DNA of 62,941 bases, counting the filler, from Hyphochytrium catenoides (lineage: Eukaryota > Protista > Hyphochytriomycota), in assembly GCA_900088475.1 (NCBI GenBank). It is 13 parts of 13 records of this genome, joined end to end, with 100 filler letters (N's around TTAATTAATTAA, not from the genome) between each part and the next. Parts side by side here need not be neighbours in the genome. Positions count along the whole stretch, not along the records: positions 1 to 7,073 come from FLMG01002459.1; positions 7,174 to 14,192 come from FLMG01000046.1; 11 more parts are not named here. One strand, 5' to 3'. The position numbers were made by a program, and so were the translations under genes. The notes under the pieces are model-generated. The model saw nothing but the letters and a program-made list of their open reading frames with translations, was not told the origin of the DNA and did no database searches. Position 1 is the stretch's first letter; the number at the start of each line of letters is the position of its first letter. Positions 1 to 11,233 of this stretch are shown here, piece by piece.

Positions 1-345
1 AAAGAGGGAAAGCGAGAGAGAGAGAGAGAGAAAAAGAGAGAGAGAGAGAGAAAAAGAGAGAGAGAGAGGAAGTAAGAGAGAGAGAGAGGAAGTAAGAGAG
101 AGACAGAAAGAGGGAAAGGGAGCGAGAGAGAGAGGGAGAGGGCGAGAGAAATAGACAGAGACAGACAGATCGATAGAGAGGGGGCGGGAGAGAAATAGCT
201 AGAGCCGAGAGTTGAAGAGAGAGGAAGATTGGAGGAGAAAGAGAGAGTGAAACCAGAGCAGAGAAGCGGAAGAACAATAAGAGAAAGAGCAGGGAAGAGA
301 GAGAGGCGCACTAAAGAGAGAGGAGGAGGATAGAGGAGGACAGAA
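1..345. repeat. Imperfect (GA)n purine microsatellite tract
   Basis: Nearly pure G/A sequence with (GA)n runs; similar tracts recur throughout the window. Confidence 0.9.
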
Positions 346-599
346 AGATTGCCACACAAAGGGGTTTGTCCCTCACCTCCACCGATCCTGTCCGTTACCC
401 GCTATCAACGTGCTATTCCAGCAAGCCTTGGGCTTATTATAGCGATGGAAGGAGATAAATTCGGTAAAGATGCAAGTTTGGAAGGTATCGAATGTATCAA
501 TGACCTTTATTTTATGCCAACAGCAAGATCTGGGACAGGCGAAATTAAGAATTTTCGGCAAAGATAGCTGGAGGCTATGTCTTTGAGTCTCCTCCTCTG

Positions 600-1790
600 T
601 CTATTCGTCGCAGATTATTGCGTCTCCATCCTCAATAGCAAGGCCAAGAAATCAAGAACAGCTTCAAGAACCTCTCTCCTACTCCGTCATTGCCGTCCGA
701 TGAGTTTGAGCAGCACTGTGCCCGTTGTGCTCATAAAGTAGGGCAATGATCTCTGGTGGTGGCTGTTTGATCGACGGCCACGGGAGAGCATACTGTCTCG
801 GGTAACAGGGCCACCACCACGATGCAAGCAGTTTGTCGCCTGCTGCTGTCTTGAGGTGAGAGAAGGTGGCAAGGTATGCTCTAGTATTGCCATAAAGAAG
901 AAAGGGCTGCAGTAGCTTGTCAGAGTCTACGCTCTGGGATCATAGTCTTTCTATCACCATCTCTCTTCTTCTTCTCTTGAATGAAACACTTCGCTGCTTT
1001 CTCTTCTTCTAGACATCAGCAGCAAGAGCGACAGCGAAGGGCCAAGCGGCAGTCTTACAGCCGCCATACTCCTATGGCACCTACGTTACGATCGGCCGGC
1101 TGGATCTAGTCTGCTTAGATTCAAGAAGGGCATTCCTCCTGCTTAGGGCTAACAACTCTATCCCTTCCTCTGCTTGGGTTTTCCTTACGACAGATCCTCG
1201 CCCACGTCTGCCGTTCTGTAGTATAAAGCCGACGACTTTGTCCCTCTTCTGCAGTCAAGTGACGGTATTTTGCAAAGAGCGCTGCTGCCAGGCGCGCTAG
1301 CTTTGCCATTTCTTCTCCGCCTTCTCTCAAGAACCACTTCCAGTTGCTTTCATTATGAGTTGAGGGTTGTTTCTTCATCCAAGAAGAGAAGAAGAAGAGA
1401 GAAGTTTTCCTTTGTTGGTGGGACTTGTTGCTTGAGTAACGTGACCTCAGTGTCTCGGATCATGATGAACCACAATTCCCCATCTGTCGCACCATCTCTT
1501 CTCCACTTATTTAACTGTTTTGCGCTGCGTTGTCTCGGTGGTTATGAGCAGCCATCATCAGACTAGTGTCGCTAGCACAGAGGAGAAGAGATACAAGCCT
1601 GTGTTCTTCCATTGTCAATCCACGCCTAATCGATGAAGAATTGACACATCCTCAGCCGGATCGTTGATGAATACGTTGAATAAGAAAAGAGAAAGAACAG
1701 AACCTCGTGGGACCCCTCCTTGAACAACGGCGAACTTCTTTTTACCACTCTGTCATTTGAACCCGAACCCAACCACGCACCGTGAAAGAC
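600..1790 (-). mobile_element. Degenerate non-LTR retrotransposon (LINE) ORF2 remnant
   Basis: Minus strand 1740->1621 translates KKFAVVQGGVPRGSVLSLFLFNVFINDPAED, matching the LINE RT motif GVPQGSVLSPLLFNIFINDL. Downstream frames are broken; the end near 600-700 (LLKLIG..VLDFL) resembles a LINE ORF2 C-terminus. Boundaries approximate. Confidence 0.65.
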
Positions 1791-2343
1791 TTATATCTTC
1801 TCTCTCTTCTTCACTTCTTGCTCTTCTTTCGCCTTCCTTGCTTCCTTCTTCGCTCCTTCCGTGTACTGAGGAGAGTTAGCTTAGGGCGCATTCAAGAAGC
1901 GCACAATGACGTTAACGATAAATGATTGAAGAAGAAGAGGGTAGATCAGCTCCTGCTTCCTCATCTCTTTGATTTTCTCTTAAGAAGTATGGTTTGGCTT
2001 CTTTACGTGCTTCAATCTGTGCACCTTTGACCGTGTTCTCAAGGTTAAGCTTCTCTTTCTCGCCGTCTGCTCCTCTTCTGTGGCTCTCGCTGCCCCCCCT
2101 CCTCTTCTCTTCTATCATTTCTCTCCAGCGCTGTTTCCTCCCCTCCTCTTCTGTTGATCTTTCTCTTCACGCTTTCTCTCTCATCTGGCTTCCTACTCCC
2201 CTGACCTCGCCTCTCATGGTCTCCGTCTCTCAATACCACCCTCTCTCTCTCACACACACAAAGTGACACACTCATTCACTTGCTCACTCATGCCGCCGGT
2301 CTCTTTTGACTGCTTTTCATGATTACGATTCCTGGTCATTATC

Positions 2344-4601
2344 TTAGTGCTGGAATGGCTCTCTTCTCTTTAGCTTTATGGCGGCCACGCGACGCGGTTC
2401 ATATTTATCCTCACAGGCCAGCAGCACAGGCTCACATTCCCAATCCTTCGCCTCTCGAAGAACCGCTTTTTCACTGTCCAACGCCATATTCCCTCCCTGG
2501 AGTGCAGCTCGAACAGGAGGAAGATCATCACCGCCGGCTTTCATCTCAAACTCTTCCTCCTCCTCTGCGCCTTTTCTGTGGAGGGGCTCGGTCTTCGGTC
2601 GGCTATGAATCTCTTGCAGAGGAACAGCTGGTGCAAGGAGAACAATGCCTCGCACGATTCCCCAAATCGAGGTGCAGTTCTCGGCCATCTGATGGGCGTG
2701 AGAGTACTTGGTTTTGTCCCCACCATATTGTCCGAAGCGGGCATACAGCCATAGCACCAGGGTCACACAGGCCAAGAGAACGTAGATACCCAGACCCAGT
2801 GTCGCCCAGAGCATGTTCGCCAGGAGTCGAGACTCGCGGACTTCCCACGTGGCCGTCGTCCTAATATCTTGTCCAGGCTGGCCTGAAGAGCGGGCGAAGA
2901 ACCAGGAAGATATCTGTCGAGCCAGGATTTTTTCGGCCATATCCTTCCCATTTACACCGAACAACGTCGCTCCAATTTTACTGTCAGCCGTCACAGCGCC
3001 CCTGAGTGCAGACAGTAAGAGACTCTCCCCCGCATGCCTATCGAGTGGACCTCTCGCAGGCAAAGAGAGAAAAAGATAGGATGAACCCACGGCACAATAT
3101 AGCCCCGAATCCAATTTCTAACGATTGGAAGTTCACGGTTTGGCCTGGCCGGCGCCATGAGTCCTCGCCTGAGCTTCACGTCACACTGTCCGGCCCACAT
3201 CCCAGAGACAGTGGATTTACTGCCATCGCGCGCTAGCCGTTTGTAGGCGAAGCCTCCGCCCGGCAGAAGGTATTCGTTCTCCAACTCGAAGCTCTCCAAG
3301 GAGCCGTTGATCTGACCTACGATAATCCTCTTCCTTCCCATAAACTTCTTGAGCTCGTCCTCGGATAGCGACAGAGCCCAGGAGGAGACTACGAGCCCAT
3401 TGATGGTCTCGGGCACTTCTGTATGATACTGTGCTTTCAACCAATCCTTTAGCGTCCCTCCTAGGTTTCCAGTAGTGGACGTACCATACCAGGCAAGGAC
3501 GTCAAAGATCGTCCGACGGAAAGATATGTTCTGAATCGTGGATTGCCAGAGTTCGTCATCGGTAATGTACGCCGGAGCCTTTGCCTCAACCAATTGGACT
3601 TCGTCGGCTCCGGGCGTAGTCCTAACCTTCATGCTCTGCAGTGCAGTGCAATTGACCGTGAAACCCTCGCAGTAGGCAATACTCTCATACTGGACATCCT
3701 TTTGCGGAGGCAATCCCTTGCTTGGCCTTAGGCAAATAACTCCGTCCTTCACATAGAGACCGAGATCCGGATAATATCCATTAGGGCTGAGAGGTGCCCA
3801 GAGTCTTCGGACGTCCGTGACATAATAGCCGCTAGCGTTCCCAGCACCGCTCACAAGAAGTCTCTTCTGTTGTTCTGCAGCCGTAGTCTCTGCCAGAGAA
3901 CCGTTCATTAGCCAGCCGGCGGTGGATAGCGAGACGGTTCCCGACTGCTGCACTGTGAGAAGGACATTCTCCAGAGAAAGCTGAGAGATATTAACCAGGA
4001 TAATACCGCCGACTAGCAGCATGTACGCCGCGAGTGGAGCCACGGTGGTGACGCGGATTTGGCCTCTTCCTTTGTGATCACAATCGCCAAACAAATCGTA
4101 GATCAAGCGGGCAAAGCTTCCTATACCTCCCGCCATGCCCTCAGTGATCCGCTGGGCGGTGACGATTGTCTGTCGCAGAGTCCGCGGTAAGTGAAGGATC
4201 CTCGCCACCATCATGAGTCTCAACAAGTGTAAGAAGAGAAGGCCGCTCAACACTGTTAGAATCCACTCCCCGACACTGAAGAGCTGCGCCGCTATACCCG
4301 GGGTTATTCCCTTAGGAAACAGCATCTGTGTGAGACTGGACTTGAAATCCGCAGGTAATAACTTCACTTCTAATGACTCAGCAGAATCGCTCGTGGAGGA
4401 TGTGATCATCCCATCTATCTTTTCTTCTGCACCTTGTAGACCATCCTCCGCTGCCATCAGTGACGTGGAAGTAGTAGCGCTAAGCGCTGACGCTGGGGAG
4501 ATCGTGGCTAGCGCTTTCGTCGCTGCTAGCAGAAACTGCAGTAGGAGGAGGGCGGCGACTCCTCCCTTCGAGGTATTAATAAGACGGGAAGTAGTATGCA
4601 T
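2344..4601 (-). CDS. Uncharacterised multi-pass membrane protein with signal peptide, split over two overlapping frames (4601..2991 and 3114..2344)
   Basis: 536-aa ORF with signal-like N-terminus (GVAALLLLQFLLAATKALA), two hydrophobic segments and a Cys-containing ectodomain. The overlapping -1 frame supplies a further TM (MLWATLGLGIYVLLACVTLVLWLY) and an acidic tail. Microsatellite-free, protein-like composition. Confidence 0.7.
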
Positions 4602-4755
4602 AGGGAACCGACGATGAGCAGATAGAGACAGCAGCAGCTCCTATGCTGATTATGTTTCGGCTGCAGTAGACCCGCGGTCTGTGGGCAGAAGGTTCAGGTG
4701 ATGATGGGGCCCTTTCCCAGTCCGCCGCTTATCCTGATGTTTGTCTTTACAAAAG

Positions 4756-4776
4756 ATATTGTGAGAATGAATGGAG
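4756..4776 (-). promoter_or_regulatory. Oomycete-type initiator (Inr/FPR)-like motif upstream of the membrane protein gene
   Basis: Minus strand CTCCATTCATTCTCACAATAT resembles the oomycete core promoter consensus YCATTYYNCAWTT; about 160 nt upstream of the ATG at 4601. Confidence 0.3.
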
Positions 4777-7073
4777 GCCGCTTGTTGCGGCGAGAAATAG
4801 AGCTTCTTCTATGAATTGTACGGCTTCAGATGAGCCCGACGTGGACGGAGGGGTAATAGTGGCGCGTTAGGACGAGGTCATGGAGCTGCTGCTCATATTA
4901 TTCTTGCCTGCCACCGCCATCAGAAGGGTCGACTGGCCCCTTCCTGATTGACTAGTTCCTGCCACGATTGGATACTACGCACGGTCACTACGCCCTCACT
5001 GCTCATCACTAACTTGCCTTCACTACAGGACTACAGCGAGGGCGGCGCGAGGTTCCTTGCCCGTGGTGGTTGCGCCTCCTTTTTCTCAACCCTGCTCCAT
5101 ACGCCAACACTACTATTCCTAGTGTTTCTTCCTCCTCTCTTACTTGTTATCCCTCTTTGGAGGGTTGAGAGGGTGAAGAAGGAAGGGGAGATTTACTACC
5201 AGGGATTAAGCTATGCAATACGTTAATCCGTACAGGGCATGAATGAGAAAGAGAGTCGACGACTGTGGAAGAGAGGAGGGAGGTGGTGGTGGTGGTCGGT
5301 GACTTTTAGGAGGCTGGTGGTGGAATGATCCGATAGACCTGAGATGTCTGTTGGGCAGTAGCACGCACATGTCTCTCCTTGGTTTTCTTGAGCTCCCTCA
5401 GCGCGGCTCTCTCTGTCACTCTCTCTCTCACTCTCTCTCTCTCTCTCTCTCTTTCTCACCCTCCTCCCTCTCTCTCCTTCTGTTTTTCGTATCTTATTAC
5501 GCTTAATCCTCCACCTATTATTACAGCGTTTCCCCCCGGCCCTCTTCTTCACTTTCTCGTCCTTGTCGCTTTGCTTATCCCTCCTCGTCTCTCTTTGCGT
5601 TCTCCCTCCTCCATCTCTCTTTGTGTTTTCCCTCAGCATCTCTCTCTCTCGCGCTCTCTCTTTCTTTCTGTCTTCTGGGCTTCCTCGCGGCCACCACCCT
5701 CTCTCTCTTCTCTCTCTATATATATACTTCTCGGTCTCCTAAATCAAACGCCAGTTGTCAATATGTAGAAATGATGATCATCGCAGTAGAATAAGCGCTC
5801 ATCTTATGCCTACGCTCTATTTCACTGCGTGTTCCGGCCCGCTCTCTCTGCCGCGGCCCTTTCTCATCCTCACCACCTCCTCATCACAAGATAACATGCA
5901 GTCAAAGCGTTCTGCCTTCCTTCCGCCTTGACACTCCTTTCTCATCATTAGTGCAATGAGTAGATCAGTTGGAAGGATGATGATGTGACACCAAAGACGA
6001 GAAGAACCGCTTTTCTTCGTTCTTTAGTCAGTCACTGCTCCGTCGGCTGCTGTGCTGTTGTGGGCACCCAATGATGAGTACAACTCCCCTCATCCTTTTC
6101 ACTTCTTCTTCTTCCCTTCCCGACAACGGACTGTACTAGCGGTTGTTGGTCGTTCTGCTGTAGGCAGCAATAGTAGTTCTACTGATGGAGCCCAGATAAC
6201 TCCAAGACCCAATCTTGCATCTTTTGCCCATTTATTCCACACCAGCAGCACTGCTGGTAGTCAGAGTACCGCACCGGCCGCTGCATGGGTCGTCAAGGGC
6301 CGACTGTTCCTTCCTACAGGGGGTAGAACTATAAGGTGGTTCCGAAGTGCTCAGCAAGAAGTGAACTCCTAGTTCTAGGTGTAGCATGAAGTGAGATACC
6401 AATCTCAGAGGAGCTCTTGGAGGCCACAGGATGACACGGAGTGGCGTGGTGCTCCCTGCCTTTTTTCTCAACAAGAAGAGGAGAGGACGGACCGCGATCA
6501 CATGGAGAACTATTCTATTTCTTAGTAGCTTTATTAGTACTGCAGTCAGTCCACCTAGCTGCTTCGTCTTTCAGTACGACTCGAGATACCTAGAGATACT
6601 ACCTGGTATTAGTCCAGTAGCTATCAGTGCAGTAGAGTCACGATGGACGGACGGGCCGATGCTAGACCAAGAGGAGAAGTAGAAGTAGAATCCCGGGTAG
6701 TTTCCTAGTCGTAGGAACTGTAAGGACGAAGAGGTGACTGCGGTCATACTACGTACCATCTCGAAGCAAGAGAAAGAACGGGGTTCTCCTTGTTGTTATT
6801 GCGGTACTCTTACTTCTTGTCAGAGAAAAGACAGGGACCACCTCCCGCGTCCTGTGACCCAAGAGCTTCTGCTCCGAGGTCGACCCATAAGGACCCATGC
6901 TGCGACTCGGTTCTGTGGGACGGATGAGAGACGGACGAGGAGGATGGAGAAGCAAAGCAACAACGAGAAGGAGAAGAACAGGACCAGGGAGCGCAGCTGG
7001 AGGACTGAGTAAATAAGGAAACAAGGAACAGAAGGAAAGGAGAGAGAGAGAGAAAAAAAAAAGAGAGAGAGAG

Positions 7074-7173
7074 NNNNNNNNNNNNNNNNNNNNNNNNNNN
7101 NNNNNNNNNNNNNNNNNTTAATTAATTAANNNNNNNNNNNNNNNNNNNNNNNNNNNNNNNNNNNNNNNNNNNN
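7074..7173. other. Artificial contig-joining linker (first of 12)
   Basis: 44 N + TTAATTAATTAA (stops in all six frames) + 44 N. Same linker starts at 14193, 18108, 23421, 34719, 43633, 46158, 49944, 53454, 56055, 57408 and 60678. Confidence 0.97.
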
Positions 7174-7184
7174 AGAGAGAGAGA

Positions 7185-7218
<34 letters not shown>

Positions 7219-7473
7219 AAGAGATTGCTGGAAGGTGTTGGGGGTTGGCGAGAATATTCGATTGGGGTGCCCACCCACCTTGGCCCCAAGCAATATGAGG
7301 TTTATCGGTGGTGGGTGGGTCGGCACCAAGAATCAGAAGGAAGTTCACCATTGATCCTTATCAACCCATTTATTAACCGCCCTCTTGCCCTTCACAAAGC
7401 CTTCAGTGATTAGATTACCTGATCCTCAACCGCAACGAGGAGGATGAGAGTGTGGAAGTGCACGTTCAGCAAG

Positions 7474-7507
<34 letters not shown>

Positions 7508-7520
7508 TTCTCTCTTTCTC

Positions 7521-7551
<31 letters not shown>

Positions 7552-7942
7552 ATCTCTCTTCCTCTCTCCTCTCTCTCTCTCTCACTCTCTCTCCCTCCCC
7601 CTCTCTTTTCTCTCTCTCCCTCTCTCTCTTTCTCTCTCTCTTTCCCTCTCTCTCATTGCCTCTCTCTCTACTCACATTGTGTGTCTTTCCTTCCCTCTTT
7701 TCTCTCTCCCTTCAATTCCTAGCCTTCCCTCTTCTGTCACCTTCTGTCCGTCAATCTCTCTCTCTCTCTTTCCTGTGTCCATCGCGCTTGTCTCTCCTTT
7801 GCTGCTGGCATCCACTGCGCTCCTCCCAGCAGCCAGCTAAGTGACAACTGATACATTCAGCGGTTGCTCCTGCAGTGCTTGCAGTTGCTCTCACTTCGGT
7901 CTCTCTACTCGCCAGCTCAACAGGGTGCTTCTTTCTTTCTCT

Positions 7943-7976
<34 letters not shown>

Positions 7977-8177
7977 ATGCTCTAGTAGAGCTCCGTCTCT
8001 TTGACGCCTTCTTTTCTCTGAAGCAAGAGAGCAGAGGATAAAATCTGATCTTCGCATCACCTTGTGGCTAGAAAAGAACTGCATCTTCGGCTTCTCTTCC
8101 TTCAATTGAAGGCGAAGGACGTGCAGCAGAGCTGGGAGAGCGAAAGTAGTAAGGAACTCGGTCAACGTGCTGGCAGT

Positions 8178-8421
8178 ATGTCAGGTTAGAGCATTTCTCT
8201 CTCTCTTTGCCTCTCTTTCTCTTTCATCCTTCGGCACACTCTCTCTCTCTCTCTCTTGGCCGCAGGCTCTCTCTTGTCTCCTCCCCTATTGGGCTTTATT
8301 TCTCAGGCCTCCGGGTTGCTTATCTTCTCTTCGCTTCTGGGGCTCACCATCCTCTGGCAGCGAGACTGTGCTTATCTTAATAATTTGACTTGCATATCTA
8401 TCTATGTGAGGCGTTAGACCT

Positions 8422-8454
<33 letters not shown>

Positions 8455-11017
8455 TTCTCTCTACCTTTTTGTATCTCTTCGCGTTTGCCTAACCTTATGT
8501 CGCTTGTCTTGTTTCTATCTAAGGTCTCAACATTGCCTACGTCAATGGCGGGCAGCAGCCCGAGAGCGACAACTATGCCTACGAAGAGGAGCAGGAGCGA
8601 GAGGCCATGATGAAGCTAGTGCACCGACCGATGAAGGATTGGTACAACGCGAAGGCGGACTTGAAAGTAATCATTTGGTCTTCCTACGCTCTCTCTCTCT
8701 CCTGATCTTCCTCTTTCTCTTACTAGCTCTTCGTCCTGGCCCTAAGCACGCGCCGCAGCTGTGCCATGGTCCCTTTCCTTGGGTCTCAGAAGCTGTCTGC
8801 ACCTGTGCCATGTCCGTCTTTCACTGGATGTACGCGGGCTTATAACCCCACGAAGGATCTGTACTCTCCCTTGCCTAGCAACTTTAGTTTCTGATCTAAC
8901 GAGCGTCTTGGTCACCACTCCTCTCGGTTTTCTTGTCCTTCTAGGAAAAGTATGGAGAGTATCCCCTCTTCTGGCAAGACTTCAAGACGTGGGAGCCATT
9001 TCGTGAGGTGCACAAGATGTATCTTATCGATACAGATACTGGGGGACGGGGCAAGCAAGACGAGAACAAAGAGACGAACGACGGAGGAGGAGACGGTCAG
9101 CAGGCTGGCGGCAAGGTTGAGGAGCCAAAGAAGAAGAGAAGGAGTCGATGGGGTGACGCTTCAGAAGACGGAAGCAAAGAGAACGGCGACGATGGAGGGA
9201 GAAAGAGAAAAACGCGATGGGGTCACAAGGCGGAGACTCCAACCGCTACCGTCCTCACCCCTCAACAGCAGCAGATCCTTGTGTTGAGAGTTAAGCTGCA
9301 AGAGGTAGATAGGAAGCTACAAACGGTGGCTCAGGACTGCCTCCTTCGGGCCCAGGACCCTACGCGGTCACCCTCTCCACCTCCCCAGTACGACTCTAAT
9401 GGCAATAGAGTCAACACCCGGGAAGCGAGGACGAGACAGAAGCTAATGGAGCAGAAGCAGAAGATCATGGAAGAGATGATTGCGCTCAATCCGCTGTTCA
9501 AGACTGAGGGGTTCCAGCGTACCAAGATCACCAAGAAAATCTACATCCCAGTGAAAGATTATCCAGGATACAACTTCATCGGGCTTATCATCGGGCCGCG
9601 AGGCAACACACAGAAGAAGATGGAAAAGGAGACAAACTGCAAGATTGCCATTAGAGGAAAAGGCAGTGTGAAGGAAGGAAGCAAGAGGGTCAGAGATGGA
9701 AAGACTAACGCGGACGACGACGATGAGCTACACGTGCTTGTCACTGGAGACAAGCAGGAAGAAGTTGACAGAGCGACGGAGATGATAGAGGACTTGTTAG
9801 TGCCAGTAGATGACATGAAGAACGAGCACAAACAGAAGCAGCTAAGGGAGTTGGCGCTGATTAACGGCACGCTAAGAGATGATGACTACTGTCACATTTG
9901 TGGAGAAAAAGGACATCGACAGTGGGAGTGCCCGAAGAGAGAGAAAGAGTTTAAAGGCGTGGAGATTACGTGCGCGATTTGTGGTGACAGCAGTCACCCA
10001 ACGGTTGATTGTCCAGAGAAAAAGAAAGGGAAGGGTCCCGACGATGCGGCGATGGACAAGGAGTATCTTAACTTTATGGCAGAGCTTGGGGAGGGAGCCA
10101 AGCCGGCCGCGACAGAGCCTCCGAAGGGTAAGCAAACTCCCAGCGAAGTTGTTAGTCTTTTTGTTCATCTACCCGTGGTTCTGTTTTCTTTCCAAAGGCC
10201 TTACCTTACTGGGTACTCTGCTGCTCTTACTTACCCTTGAACGCTTAGCGGCATTCATCTCTCAATCGTTGATGCTCCATTGCTTGATGCCTGCACCTGG
10301 CTACGGGTCTCACCTCGCTGTTAAACTATGCGACCCGCTCATTCCTCCTTTTCCCTGTCTGCGTATGTGCCTGTCTGACATATTTTTGTGCCCTCCGCGA
10401 ACTCTATAGCACCCGAGCCTCCTGCCTGGCAGCCTCCGGCCGCTGCAGCCCCTCCTTTCGCACCCGTGCCGAATTACGGCTACACGCCGCCTCCACCGCG
10501 TCCAATGCCACCTCCTCCAGGCGCTTATCCTCCTTATGGAGCTCCGCCGCCACCTGTACGTTTCTCTTTTCCAAAGATGTGTGATATTGTCTTTAAACTC
10601 TCTCTCTTACTCCTCTCCTTGCTCTTGGTCTAGATGTACGGCCACCACCCTCCAGTGCCAGGGTATGGAGTCCCTCCTCCTCCACAGCAGTGGGACTGGC
10701 AGCAAGGATACCACGCTCCCCCTCCTCCACCCCCAGGACAGGGGTGGCAACAGGTAGCCAGAGCTTGTAACTTAGTGACCTCTCGCGTTTGTCCCGTTGC
10801 TCTAGACAAATAGCCGATGCCTAGTTGTTGACCTCACAAGGCCATGTTTCTCTCCTATGCCCTCGGTCACTTGTTATATAAAGCTTCCCTGCCCTGAAGA
10901 AGCACTAATGCTCTCTCCGTCTTTCAGGGCTACCCTGCGCCACCACCACCGGGAGATCACCATCACTGGGTCCCGGACCACTCTCATCACCACCCTCCTC
11001 CTCCTCCTCCGATGTAG
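8178..11017 (+). CDS. SF1: Splicing factor 1 / branchpoint-binding protein (KH-QUA2, two CCHC zinc knuckles, Pro-rich tail)
   Basis: Six exons that join in frame with GT-AG introns: 8178-8184, 8524-8666, 8945-10127, 10410-10555, 10634-10753, 10928-11017. Motifs: ULM-like KKRRSRW and RKRKTRW, RSPSPPPQYD, KH loop NFIGLIIGPRGNTQKKME, CHICGEKGHRQWEC, CAICGDSSHPTVDC. Confidence 0.95.
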
Positions 11018-11233
11018 CAGCGCATTCTCCCCTATTACGGCTCTTGGTGTCATTCTTCTTCTGTTGCCTCTCTTCTCGTCAAAATCTCCTTTCTCTCTCG
11101 CTTGGCCGAAGTGACCACGCGCTGTCCCCGACTTGCGAGCTCTCTCTTTCTGAATTTGCGTTTATTTACAATAAATAAATAGTGGAGAAAAAGTCTTGCC
11201 TTGGCTTCCCGTTGATCTACTCTGCCAAGCCGT

